DNA from: Blochmannia endosymbiont of Camponotus modoc
Lineage (GTDB): Bacteria; Pseudomonadota; Gammaproteobacteria; Enterobacterales; Enterobacteriaceae
Direction: 5' to 3'
Length of the DNA stretch: 32,000 nt
Assembly (NCBI RefSeq): GCF_023585785.1
Contig: NZ_CP097765.1
Location: 480,001-512,000 of the forward strand
Both the position numbers and the translations under genes were made by a program. Shown here piece by piece: positions 1 through 11,095 of this stretch. The notes beneath the pieces are model-generated. The model was not told the DNA's origin, did no database searches, and worked only from the letters and a program-made list of their open reading frames with translations. The first letter of the stretch is position 1; each line of letters starts with the position of its first letter.

Positions 1-55
1 ATATTTCTTCGCTAAAATCAGGATGTACCATAAAAACTATTTCATAATAACGCAT
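1..55 (-). CDS. rpsF: 30S ribosomal protein S6, N-terminal fragment running off the window edge
   Basis: Not in the ORF track. The reverse complement from 55 reads ATGCGTTATTATGAAATAGTTTTTATGGTACATCCTGATTTTAGCGAAGAA = MRYYEIVFMVHPDFSEE, matching the conserved S6 N-terminus (E. coli MRHYEIVFMVHPDQSE). An AAAGGAAA Shine-Dalgarno-like sequence lies just upstream. Confidence 0.93.
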   Translation of the reverse strand, partial: MRYYEIVFMVHPDFSEEI

Positions 56-227
56 ATATTATTTTCCTTTCATTGTCAATCTTCCACTTGTATTGAAAGT
101 AACAACATTCTTAAAAAATTATAGATATTTATATTTTTACGTGTTTATCCTTAAATAATTTTTTATATAAATTCTCAAACTTCATCTTCTATGAAGCAGA
201 CCATACCATATATGATGTCAATCATCA

Positions 228-971
228 TTATTTATATTGCCAACGCTGTCTTAATGCTTCAAACAAACATATTCCTGTAGCTACTGAGACATTAAGCGAT
301 GTCGCAACTCCTAACATTGGGATAGTAACTAATTCATCGCATTTTTTCTGAGTCAGATAACGAATACCATTCCCCTCGGAACCCATTACAAAAGCTAACG
401 GCCTAATTAATTTGCTGTTAAAAATTAGACGTTGTGATTGCATTACAGTGCCAATAATCCAGATATTATATTTTTTAAGTAATTGTAACGTTCTAATTAA
501 ATTAGTTACTTGCATAAAAGGTATATTATCTACAGATCCACTGGCCACTTTTCTAACCGTTCCATTTAAACATGCTGAACGATTACGTGGTGCAATGACT
601 ATGTGTGCCCCGGCTGCATCTGCAGATCTCAAACATGCACCCAAATTATGTGGATCAGTCACTCCATCTAATATCACTAATAATGGGGTAGTTTTACATT
701 GCTTTAAGAAATCCGGTAAATCATTTTCTTTTATACAATCATTGGGAACTATTTTAACAACAATACCTTGATGCAACGCACCTTGCGTTTGAATATCTAA
801 CTGTCGACGACTACATTCTCGAATGCTAATTCGACGTTGTTTTATTTGATCAATTAACAATTTCAAACGCAAATCTTTAGATTTCTGCATAATACATACA
901 GACAAAATTCGATGTGAATAATTATCTAAAACTGATTTTACTGCATGTATGCCGTATACTAATTCACTCAT
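228..971 (-). CDS. rlmB: 23S rRNA (guanosine-2'-O)-methyltransferase, SpoU family
   Basis: 247-aa ORF with SpoU motifs (LDGVTDPHNLGACLRSADAAGAH, FVMGSEGNGIR, IPMLGVATSLNVSVATGICLFEA); syntenic with E. coli. Confidence 0.95.
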   Translation of the reverse strand: MSELVYGIHAVKSVLDNYSHRILSVCIMQKSKDLRLKLLIDQIKQRRISIRECSRRQLDIQTQGALHQGIVVKIVPNDCIKENDLPDFLKQCKTTPLLVILDGVTDPHNLGACLRSADAAGAHIVIAPRNRSACLNGTVRKVASGSVDNIPFMQVTNLIRTLQLLKKYNIWIIGTVMQSQRLIFNSKLIRPLAFVMGSEGNGIRYLTQKKCDELVTIPMLGVATSLNVSVATGICLFEALRQRWQYK

Positions 972-1200
972 TTCATTTATTAAAATAATTACTTCAACAT
1001 ACAGTATTGCAATAAATTTTTAAAGTATTCCATATACTATTATTATGAGAGTCATCAATTTAAATATAACTAAGATGATTTATTTAAATATTTTATTTAT
1101 CGTAACCGTATTTCTAATACAATTAGAAATATAACTTAATATTTATTTACCACACAAATAATCCTCTATTCAAAATAAGGTATCAATTTCTTCATATCAA

Positions 1201-2502
<1,302 letters not shown>

Positions 2503-2652
2503 TTAAAGTCGCCTATTAATTCAAATTAACTATTTGTGATAAAATTAAATATATAATTTCTATGGCATACACCATATATAATATACATTCTATACATCTA
2601 CATATCAAACATAAGGAATAATAACTATCCAAGAATATACTTAACTACATCA

Positions 2653-3681
2653 TTAATTATTAAGCCCGGTAATACTTTTTGGTGATTTCATAAAACGTAA
2701 AAAATCAGTTTCTGCGCTTAACACCATAAGATCATTATTGTTTTTCTTAAAACTATTCTCATATGCACGTAAGGTACGTACTAAAACATAAAATGAAGGA
2801 TCTTCATTAAAAGTAGTAGCATATAGTTTAGCTGTTTCTGCGTCAGCTTCACCCCGAATGATCAATGACTGACGTTTAGCCTCAGCTAGAGTACGTGTTA
2901 CTTCATAATCTGCTGTAGCACGTAATTTTTCTGCTTCTTCTCGTCCCTGTGATCTATGACGTCTAGCAACAGCATCACGTTCTGCACGCATACGTTGATA
3001 AATTGCATCAGACACTTCTGTTGGTAAATTAATTTGCTTAATTCGTACATCCACTATCTCAATACCCAATGCAGCCATACTGTTTGGATTAACCAAATCA
3101 GAAACACGATATTGTTCTTGCATTGACGAGTCATAATTTTTCGAATGAAAATTAAATTTTTTAATGTTATTATTAAAATGAGATCCTGATACTTCCTCTC
3201 CTGAAGTTCCATGATTTAACGATGCACGTACATCGGTCATTAATTTATTTCGAGAATCTGTCACAATACCTTGAACATTCAATCTCCCTAATTCTGAACG
3301 TAAACGATCGGAAAATTTTCTCTTTATCAGTACTTCTGCTTGACAAATATCACCCCCTCCTGTTGCTAAATAATATCGACTCAAATCGCTAATACGCCAT
3401 TTTACATAAGAATCAATAATCAAATCCTTTTTTTCCATAGTAACAAAGCGATCTGCTTGATTGTCCATAGTCTGAATACGTGAATCTAAAATTTTTATTG
3501 TCTCAATAAATGGAATTTTTATATGCAATCCTGGATTGTAAATTAATGAATTGTTATCTGCATCGCGTAATACTTTTCCAAAACGCAATATAATACCCTT
3601 ATGCCCTTCTTCTATTGTAAATAAAGAAAAAAATAATACTATTATTACACATATAAAAAATGAAAAAAAATTTCGTATCAT
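2653..3681 (-). CDS. hflC: HflC, membrane SPFH-domain regulator of FtsH
   Basis: 342-aa SPFH/prohibitin-like ORF with an N-terminal TM and the VRIKQINLPTEVSDAIYQRMRAERDAVARRHRSQG signature; follows hflK. Confidence 0.96.
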   Translation of the reverse strand: MIRNFFSFFICVIIVLFFSLFTIEEGHKGIILRFGKVLRDADNNSLIYNPGLHIKIPFIETIKILDSRIQTMDNQADRFVTMEKKDLIIDSYVKWRISDLSRYYLATGGGDICQAEVLIKRKFSDRLRSELGRLNVQGIVTDSRNKLMTDVRASLNHGTSGEEVSGSHFNNNIKKFNFHSKNYDSSMQEQYRVSDLVNPNSMAALGIEIVDVRIKQINLPTEVSDAIYQRMRAERDAVARRHRSQGREEAEKLRATADYEVTRTLAEAKRQSLIIRGEADAETAKLYATTFNEDPSFYVLVRTLRAYENSFKKNNNDLMVLSAETDFLRFMKSPKSITGLNN

Positions 3682-4977
3682 CTACGACTCTCTCCCTTTG
3701 CGCGCAATATCAACACGTTGTATATTAGCCTGTCTTTGGTCTAATACTTTTTCTTTAGGTATAGAATTTGCATGACGAGACAGACGGCTACTTTTTGATA
3801 TTAACTGCGCATTATTCATGTTAGCATCACTATTAGCACATATTTGATTTAAGTTTAAAGCGTCATCAGTATTATCAATACTATCAGAATATACAATATC
3901 ATTGTTATCTTTAATCTGTTTTAATTGACCTGAAGGTAGTAATAGTACATTCTGTGTATCTTTTGAATTTACAAATATTTTTCTAGTATTGCTTAACACA
4001 CGCTCCATGGAATTAATATATAATCGATCACGAGTAATTTCAGGAGCTGCTTTATATTCTGGCAAAATTTTAGTAAATCTTTGTACTTCACCTTGCGCTT
4101 CCAAGATAGTACGTGCTTTATACGCACGACCTTCCTCTAAAATACGTTGCGCGTGTCCATTGGCGCGTGGTTGTACTTCATTGGCATAAGCTTCAGCCTC
4201 TCGAATATATTGTTGTTCATTTTCTCGGGCGGCAATAGCATCATCAAACGCTGCTTTTACCTCTTCTGGGGGGCGAGCTGTTTGAAAGTTTACATCTAAT
4301 AAAGTAATACCCATATTATAAGGGTGTATCGTTTTTTCTAACACTCTTCGAGTATCACTACGTACCACCGTACGTCCTTCTGTTAAAATACGATCCATAT
4401 TATATTTCCCAATAACTCCACGCAAAGCACTATCAGTAGCTTGACGCAAACTATCGTCAGCATCAATAACGTTAAATAAATAGTTTTTTGGATCAGTTAC
4501 ACGGTACTGTACATTCATCTCTACTCGAACTACATTTTCATCTGAAGTCAACATCATACCAGAAGCTGCTAATTCACGTACTGATTCTACATTTACTGGA
4601 ATTACAACATCAAAAAAAGTAGGCTTCCAATTTAAACCTGGTTGTACTAAATGATGATATTTTCCAAATCTTAAAACTACCCCGCGTTCTGCTTCTTTAA
4701 TCGTGTACAAACCACTAATAATCCACGCAAAAACAACAATAATTAACATTAAAATTATAAAAATGCTTTTATTTTTAGGAAATTTTTCTGAATCTTTATT
4801 TTTCTTGCTAAATATATTTAATTTATTAGTTATTTTATCCAAATATTTATCCGAATCTAATATATTAAATTCAGATTTATTCTTATCTTCAATAGAAGAA
4901 CGATCTACATCATTCTTATCATGATGTCCCCATGGATCATGAATATATTTATAGTTATTAAGATAATTACAAATCAT
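3682..4977 (-). CDS. hflK: HflK, membrane SPFH-domain regulator of FtsH
   Basis: SPFH ORF (IVVFAWIISGLYTIKEAERGVVLRFGKYHHLVQPGLNWKP). The ORF track starts at 4992, but an internal ATG at 4977 has a GAGGAAAAT Shine-Dalgarno and leads to the DPWG segment as in E. coli HflK. Confidence 0.94.
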   Translation of the reverse strand: MICNYLNNYKYIHDPWGHHDKNDVDRSSIEDKNKSEFNILDSDKYLDKITNKLNIFSKKNKDSEKFPKNKSIFIILMLIIVVFAWIISGLYTIKEAERGVVLRFGKYHHLVQPGLNWKPTFFDVVIPVNVESVRELAASGMMLTSDENVVRVEMNVQYRVTDPKNYLFNVIDADDSLRQATDSALRGVIGKYNMDRILTEGRTVVRSDTRRVLEKTIHPYNMGITLLDVNFQTARPPEEVKAAFDDAIAARENEQQYIREAEAYANEVQPRANGHAQRILEEGRAYKARTILEAQGEVQRFTKILPEYKAAPEITRDRLYINSMERVLSNTRKIFVNSKDTQNVLLLPSGQLKQIKDNNDIVYSDSIDNTDDALNLNQICANSDANMNNAQLISKSSRLSRHANSIPKEKVLDQRQANIQRVDIARKGRES

Positions 4978-5033
4978 ATTTTCCTCACACATTATATGAG
5001 TGATCTATATATATTCCCTTTGTTTTAAAAATA

Positions 5034-6320
5034 TTAAATAATATAATCTATCAATAATTTATTATTTTTTAATAAACGACCCCAATTTACAGAAGATAAA
5101 TATATTTTTAACCTAATATAATTATGATCTTCAACCCAATATTGTTTAACAACTTGTAGTTTATATAACTTCTCACATAAACCGTTACTTATAGGCATTC
5201 GTAATTCATAAGAAATCATATAGTTTGATAGCAATTCATTAATAGCTTGTACCAATAAAGAAAGACCTAAACTATTTTGAGCTGATATCCAGACCCGTAT
5301 TGGACAACCATGATTATCTCGGTCAATACGTGGCACTATTTTTTTTAATTGATCTATCTTATTCATCACCAAAATCCTTGGAACATTATGAACGCTCAAA
5401 TTACTTAAAATACAATGTACCGTGTTAATATTTTGTTCAAATCTTTCATCAGCAACGTCTACAACGTGTAATAATAGAGTTGCTTGTACTGTTTCTTGTA
5501 AAGTCGCCTTAAAAGAAGATATTAAACCGCGTGGTAAATTTTGAATAAAACCTACCGTGTCTGTTAATATAACATCATGTACACCTTTGTATACAATACG
5601 TCTACTTGTAGGATCGAGAGTGGCAAACAGTTTCGATGATGTATACACATGTGATGCGGTCATTGTGTTAAATAAAGTAGATTTTCCAGCATTTGTATAT
5701 CCTACTAAAGAAACAGTAGGTACCCCAATTCTAACACGATGTCGTCTACCCTGTTCCCGTTGATTTTCTATTTTTTTTAGACGCAATAAAATTTGGTTCA
5801 TCTCCTTACGTAATAAACGGCGATCACTTTCTAATTGCATCTCTCCCGCTCCCCCTCGTAAACCAATACCTCCTTTTTGGCGCTCAAGATGACTCCATTC
5901 ATGTACTAAACGAGAATTTAAATGCCTCAGTTGAGCTAATTTCACCTGTAACTTACCTTCGTACGTACGTGCACGTTGCGCAAAAATGTTGAGAATCAGT
6001 TGATTCCTATCAATTATCTTGCATTTCAATAAACACATAAGATTCCGTTCTTGATGAGGAGATAAAATACAATTGAACAACACAATAGATACAGAATGAT
6101 TTCTAATCATTCGTTCAAGTTCTAATGTTTTTCCGATCCCGATAAAATATTTAGCGTTACAAGTTTTACAATTACTAGTAAGAATATTCAACACCTCCAT
6201 ACCTGCTGTAGATGCCAAAGATAAAAATTCCTGTAAATTGAAATTTTCATTTTGTTTTTTTGTAGCAAAAAAAGTATGGACTAAAATAGATTGATTATCC
6301 GAATAACCTGAATCACACAA
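5034..6320 (-). CDS. hflX: ribosome-associated GTPase HflX
   Basis: 428-aa GTPase with GGIGLRGGAGEMQLESDRR, GYTNAGKSTLFN, DTVGFIQNLP and NKID. The start is TTG with a GGAG Shine-Dalgarno; the N-terminus matches E. coli HflX. Confidence 0.95.
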   Translation of the reverse strand: MCDSGYSDNQSILVHTFFATKKQNENFNLQEFLSLASTAGMEVLNILTSNCKTCNAKYFIGIGKTLELERMIRNHSVSIVLFNCILSPHQERNLMCLLKCKIIDRNQLILNIFAQRARTYEGKLQVKLAQLRHLNSRLVHEWSHLERQKGGIGLRGGAGEMQLESDRRLLRKEMNQILLRLKKIENQREQGRRHRVRIGVPTVSLVGYTNAGKSTLFNTMTASHVYTSSKLFATLDPTSRRIVYKGVHDVILTDTVGFIQNLPRGLISSFKATLQETVQATLLLHVVDVADERFEQNINTVHCILSNLSVHNVPRILVMNKIDQLKKIVPRIDRDNHGCPIRVWISAQNSLGLSLLVQAINELLSNYMISYELRMPISNGLCEKLYKLQVVKQYWVEDHNYIRLKIYLSSVNWGRLLKNNKLLIDYII

Positions 6321-6473
6321 TAAAAGTTACTCCACAAATAAGTTATACATATATAATCACATACGATGAAGTTATCACACATTTTATAGTATATCATACT
6401 TAATAGTATTCGGTAATACTACATTTAATACATAATCATACTTTAAAAATTAAAAAGTCTCTGAAACAAACGA

Positions 6474-6719
6474 TCAGAATGTAGTGTGATTGCCAGAACG
6501 ACCAACATAATATGAAACAACACGGGAAGGAACAATAGTAGATATAGCATGCTTATAAATCATTTGATTCACTGTATTTCTTAACAAAATCACAAATTTA
6601 TCAAAAGACTCAATTTCTCCTTGTAATTTAATACCGTTTACCAAATAAATAAAAACCGGAACGCGCTCACGACGCAATACGTTTAAAAATGGATCTTGTA
6701 ATGATTGAACTTTGTGCAT
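6474..6719 (-). CDS. hfq: RNA chaperone Hfq, short C-terminal tail
   Basis: [66 protein letters not shown]. The ATG at 6719, preceded by AAGGAAA, is preferred over the TTG at 6725. Confidence 0.97.
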   Translation of the reverse strand: MHKVQSLQDPFLNVLRRERVPVFIYLVNGIKLQGEIESFDKFVILLRNTVNQMIYKHAISTIVPSRVVSYYVGRSGNHTTF

Positions 6720-6803
6720 TTTCAATTTCCTTAAAAATTAATTTTATATTATTCTAAACGGTCCAAATAAAGCAGATAACTTCAAATTTAATTTTTTAAA
6801 ATT

Positions 6804-7754
6804 TTATATATTAGATGAATTTTCAATTAATATCTTCGATATACTATCAGTTGCATCAGATAAATTATCACTATCTAACCAACATAAATTCGGCCATCTA
6901 CGCAGCCAGGTTAATTGTCGTTTCGCAAGTTGACGAGTAGCACAAATTCCTTTAATTATCATCTGATTATAGTTAATATCACCAGACAAATACTCCCACA
7001 TTTGACGATAACCTACACAAGAAATGGACGATTTTACTTTTTTTGTATGCAAATCAGATCGATTAAATAATCTGATAACTTCATCTTCAAATCCGATATC
7101 TAACATTCTATGGAAACGTTTCTCAATTCGTTTATGCAATAAATCACGACTTGATGGAACAATAGCAAATTGATGAAATCGATATTTCAGTTTTTGACTA
7201 TTAATTAGTTTTAATTCTGTCCATGTTTTGCCAGAAATAAAAAAAATTTCTAATGCTCGGATTATTCTCTTGTGATCATTTAAATGAATTTTGTTGGCCG
7301 AAATCGGATCAATATGTTTTAATAAATTGTGTATATTTATCCATCCCGTTCTTTTTGCTTCATATTCCAGATCATCACGAATTTTTTGGTTAGTTGCTGG
7401 TAAAAAAAACAACCCTTCTAGCAGAGTTTTAAAATATAACATTGTTCCACCCACCAACAAAGGTGTATGTTCAGACTGTATAATGTTTTCCATTTCATTA
7501 TCCGCATCACGATAAAAATCTGCCGCTGAATAACATTCAACTGGATCGAGAATATCTATCAATTTATGCGGAGCTAGTTTTAATTCTTCAGGAATAGGTT
7601 TAGCTGTACCGATATCCATATCACGATATATCGAAGCCGAATCAACGCTGATAATGTCTATTTTTTCTTTTCTTTTTTTTAAAGCTATAGCTAAACTTGT
7701 TTTTCCAGAAGCTGTAGGACCCATTAAAAATATAGCTAATGGCTGATGTTTAAT
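6804..7754 (-). CDS. miaA: tRNA dimethylallyltransferase (apparent AUU start)
   Basis: [31 protein letters not shown] and [11 protein letters not shown] motifs. The ORF track starts at 7724, but in-frame upstream codons encode [10 protein letters not shown], homologous to the E. coli N-terminus. There is no in-frame ATG/GTG/TTG before the stop at 7770-7772, while ATT at 7752-7754 is preceded by AAGGGAG. Confidence 0.93.
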   Translation of the reverse strand: MKHQPLAIFLMGPTASGKTSLAIALKKRKEKIDIISVDSASIYRDMDIGTAKPIPEELKLAPHKLIDILDPVECYSAADFYRDADNEMENIIQSEHTPLLVGGTMLYFKTLLEGLFFLPATNQKIRDDLEYEAKRTGWINIHNLLKHIDPISANKIHLNDHKRIIRALEIFFISGKTWTELKLINSQKLKYRFHQFAIVPSSRDLLHKRIEKRFHRMLDIGFEDEVIRLFNRSDLHTKKVKSSISCVGYRQMWEYLSGDINYNQMIIKGICATRQLAKRQLTWLRRWPNLCWLDSDNLSDATDSISKILIENSSNI

Positions 7755-7984
7755 AAAATTCTCCCTTAATTATATAAAATCAAAAATGTTATTACCTGAA
7801 ATCATTTCTATAATTTATCAAAAATTCAATTATTTCGAGACACATATTCACTCTTATATATATAAATATATGCAATAAATATTAATAATTATTGCTGAAA
7901 AAGACTGAATGTATAATAACTTATTTAATATAATAATTGTTGCTTTTTTATTTATTAATTTACAGTAAATACATTTTTTTAAGA

Positions 7985-9253
7985 TTATGAATGATCTAAT
8001 AATTTTTGTTGTGACATTATGAAATAAGAACGTAAGCCTTTGTACAAAGCATTAGCTATTTTTTCTTGATATCCACTACTAACCAACAGAAATTCGTCTT
8101 TTACATTACTAATAAATCCAGTCTCTACTAAAATAGACGGAATATCAGGAGATCGTAATATACCAAAACTAGAATACTCAGGTATATCCTTATGTAAAGG
8201 AGTAATATTTTTTAATTGACGTAAAACATGTGCTGCAATATCATACCCTGCTCGTTGAGCGTAACCAAATTGCAAATCTAAAACTAAATGATTAAAATAC
8301 GGATCACTATGATCACTGGTCAGTATATCTCCCAATCCTCCCAATAACTCTGCGTGTTTCTCACTACGTTGTAGCCAATGTATCATTTCACTTTTAGCAC
8401 GACGATTCGATAACACCCAAATTGACGCCCCTCTAACATTAGTATTTAAAGCAGAATCTGCATGAATAGACACTAATACATTTGCTTCTCTTTTTCGAGC
8501 CAAATTAGAGCGTTCCATGACCGATAGAAAATAGTCCCCATCCCGAATCATAACAGCTTTAAAACTCGGGTCTAAATCCAATAATATTTTTAGTTTTTTA
8601 GCTATGTTAATTGTAATATTTTTTTCATATATTCCATGGAGACCTGTAGCTCCTGGATCCTGCCCTCCATGTCCAGCATCTATAGCTACAATAATAGGAG
8701 ATAATATCTTATTGTGATTCTGATTTTTTCTAAATTGCGTATCTATTACTTTCTTTTGATTATTTATCACTTGACCTGAATTAACACGAATTTTACTATG
8801 TATAACGGGTGATGTTTTGCGAGTATTTACCTCAGGAATAGTAAATTTTTTTTTCAAAATTGTTAATATAATACAATAATGTTCTTTTATTTGTTTTTGT
8901 GTTACTGTTCCTATGTCTGAAGGAGAAGTTAGATCTAATACTATGCGTATACTTTGGTGATTCAGAGATGTATTTGTTCGAATGCACTTAACTAAATTAG
9001 TACCATTAAAATTTATTGGAAATATATTTTTTTGAACTTTAGATGTTTTTAAAAGATCTATTACAATTCTTTCCGGGTTATGTAAGGAAAATATCATATA
9101 CACAGGAACAACAACGCTATCTAATGTTACTATAGCTTGGTTTGCATTATTGGTAACAGAAATTGAACTAAGAGTTGATGCTATAACTGGTTCAACACAT
9201 AAATATCTTGAAAATATTGTCATTACGAAAATTATTTCGTATTTTAACTTCAT
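7985..9253 (-). CDS. amiB: N-acetylmuramoyl-L-alanine amidase (AMIN + Amidase_3)
   Basis: AMIN-like N-terminal region (PERIVIDLLKT) and Amidase_3 motifs (IDAGHGGQDPGA, YEKN, SIHADSA, SILVETGFISN). Syntenic position beside tsaE. The ATG at 9253 overlaps the tsaE stop as ATGA, which suits it better than the track start at 9271. Confidence 0.92.
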   Translation of the reverse strand: MKLKYEIIFVMTIFSRYLCVEPVIASTLSSISVTNNANQAIVTLDSVVVPVYMIFSLHNPERIVIDLLKTSKVQKNIFPINFNGTNLVKCIRTNTSLNHQSIRIVLDLTSPSDIGTVTQKQIKEHYCIILTILKKKFTIPEVNTRKTSPVIHSKIRVNSGQVINNQKKVIDTQFRKNQNHNKILSPIIVAIDAGHGGQDPGATGLHGIYEKNITINIAKKLKILLDLDPSFKAVMIRDGDYFLSVMERSNLARKREANVLVSIHADSALNTNVRGASIWVLSNRRAKSEMIHWLQRSEKHAELLGGLGDILTSDHSDPYFNHLVLDLQFGYAQRAGYDIAAHVLRQLKNITPLHKDIPEYSSFGILRSPDIPSILVETGFISNVKDEFLLVSSGYQEKIANALYKGLRSYFIMSQQKLLDHS

Positions 9254-9738
9254 GTGTCTAACTTCCAACATTCTAACAAAGCATCTAACATTTTGTGACC
9301 TAAATTACTAAAAGATTCTATAATGACTTGCCTAGATTCTTTACGATCATGATAATTTATCGTAACTGAAATATCTTCTTGCGGTAAAATTCCCATTCCT
9401 TGTTTTGGCCACTCTATTAAGCATACAGTACGACCATCAAAATAATCTCTAATTCCCATGTACTCCAGTTCTTCTGAAGAAATTAACCGATAAAAATCAA
9501 AATGACACACACGCCAATGTGTCAAAACATAAGATTCAATTAAAGTGTAAGTAGGACTATGTATATGGCCATTATGTCCTAATGCATGTAAAAATCCCTT
9601 ACAAAAAACAGACTTTCCTGATCCTACATGGCCATTTAAATAAATCACACAACCTTGAACACAAACAGAAGCCAAAGTCGCACCTAATGACAGAGTTTTT
9701 AATTCATCAGATAACGCCAATACATATTTCTTCATCAT
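9250..9738 (-). CDS. tsaE: tRNA threonylcarbamoyladenosine biosynthesis ATPase TsaE (YjeE)
   Basis: 162-aa ORF with Walker A GHVGSGKS, SPTYTLIESY and HFDFYRL; adjacent to amiB as in E. coli. Confidence 0.95.
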   Translation of the reverse strand: MMKKYVLALSDELKTLSLGATLASVCVQGCVIYLNGHVGSGKSVFCKGFLHALGHNGHIHSPTYTLIESYVLTHWRVCHFDFYRLISSEELEYMGIRDYFDGRTVCLIEWPKQGMGILPQEDISVTINYHDRKESRQVIIESFSNLGHKMLDALLECWKLDT

Positions 9739-10320
9739 TATATAAATTTAAGATCTTATACACCAAAATGTTTTTATAAGTAAAATAATATAAGAAATCT
9801 TAACATAATCAGTTATTATTCGATTAATTTTTGTAGATACATAACAATATATATAAAACTTATATAACAAATACAAAATTACAAAAAACACTAATTACAT
9901 CTCTCTACATTAAATAAAATTTTTTAATTTTAATTAAAAATAATAATCTATACACATTTAAAACTAATTTATATTACTATAGATTATACCAGAAAATGAT
10001 TTACTCTTTATATCAATGTTCTAATTTGAAACAAAGAGTAAGAGCAAATAAATGTCTAATCAAATGTATTGAAAAAATCGTAGACTATACATACTCATAA
10101 GACCGAAAATAATTTTGTTATATTCGCTATCTATCAATTTGCCAAATTCATTACCGTATCAATAAATATACATGCTCAATTTATTTTTAAATAACAAACA
10201 ATTCCTGATTTATATATAATTACCCACTCTAAAATATATTAATATTATGCTTATTTTAAACTTCATTTGGAATTAAAATATATAATGGTAATCAATAATA
10301 TAAAAGCTAAATACTAAAAA

Positions 10321-10396
10321 TGGAGCGGGAAACGAGATTTGAACTCGCGACCCCAACCTTGGCAAGGTTGTGCTCTCCCAGCTGAGCTATTCCCGC
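10321..10396 (-). tRNA. tRNA-Gly (anticodon GCC), CCA encoded
   Basis: The reverse strand GCGGGAATAGCTCAGCTGGGAGAGCACAACCTTGCCAAGGTTGGGGTCGCGAGTTCAAATCTCGTTTCCCGCTCCA folds as a full cloverleaf; anticodon GCC in loop TTGCCAA. Confidence 0.98.
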
Positions 10397-10555
10397 TTAC
10401 TTTAAATAAACAAATAAAAATATTATAGTTATTTATTTCAATGACCCTACATCACATATTTAGCAACAGTTACGAACTACACCAATTAACTATTTTATTA
10501 ATTGATTTTTCTTACGCTTTCAAATAATAATCTATATTATTAATTTTATGACGCC

Positions 10556-11095
10556 TTATAATTGTATAAAATACTTGCGATAATACATTAATTCTGAAAC
10601 AGATTCACGAATATCATCCAATGCACAATGAGTTTTCTGTAACCGTAATCCAGATATCAAATCTGGTCTCCAACGAATCATTAATTCTTTAATCGTGCTC
10701 ACATCTAAATAACGATGGTTAAAATATGATTCTAATTCTGGCATATATCGGAATAAAAATAGACGATCCTGAGCTATACTATTTCCGCATATCGGTGATT
10801 TTTTAAAACCGACCCAATTTCTTAAAAATTTTATTATCAAATTAGATGCGCTAATCTCATCCAATGTACTATATCTCACCTTTTCTATTAATCCGGTAGC
10901 ACTATGAACACGTGTGTTCCAATCATCCATTAATAACAACTGAGATTCAGATTGATGTATTGATATAACAGGACCCTCTGATAAAATATTCAATTTACTG
11001 TCGGTAACTAAAGTAGCTATTTCCAAAATACGATCCCATTCTGGATTTAGTCCAGTCATCTCTAGATCAATCCATATCAAATTATCATCACGCAT
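10556..11095 (-). CDS. orn: oligoribonuclease
   Basis: 179-aa DEDD exonuclease: [63 protein letters not shown]. Confidence 0.97.
   Translation of the reverse strand: MRDDNLIWIDLEMTGLNPEWDRILEIATLVTDSKLNILSEGPVISIHQSESQLLLMDDWNTRVHSATGLIEKVRYSTLDEISASNLIIKFLRNWVGFKKSPICGNSIAQDRLFLFRYMPELESYFNHRYLDVSTIKELMIRWRPDLISGLRLQKTHCALDDIRESVSELMYYRKYFIQL

Noticed and set aside
1110-1130. 9-bp hairpin ATTTCTAAT-aca-ATTAGAAAT downstream of purA
   Set aside because: A/T-dominated and short, without a clear U-tract; such structures are common by chance at this base composition.
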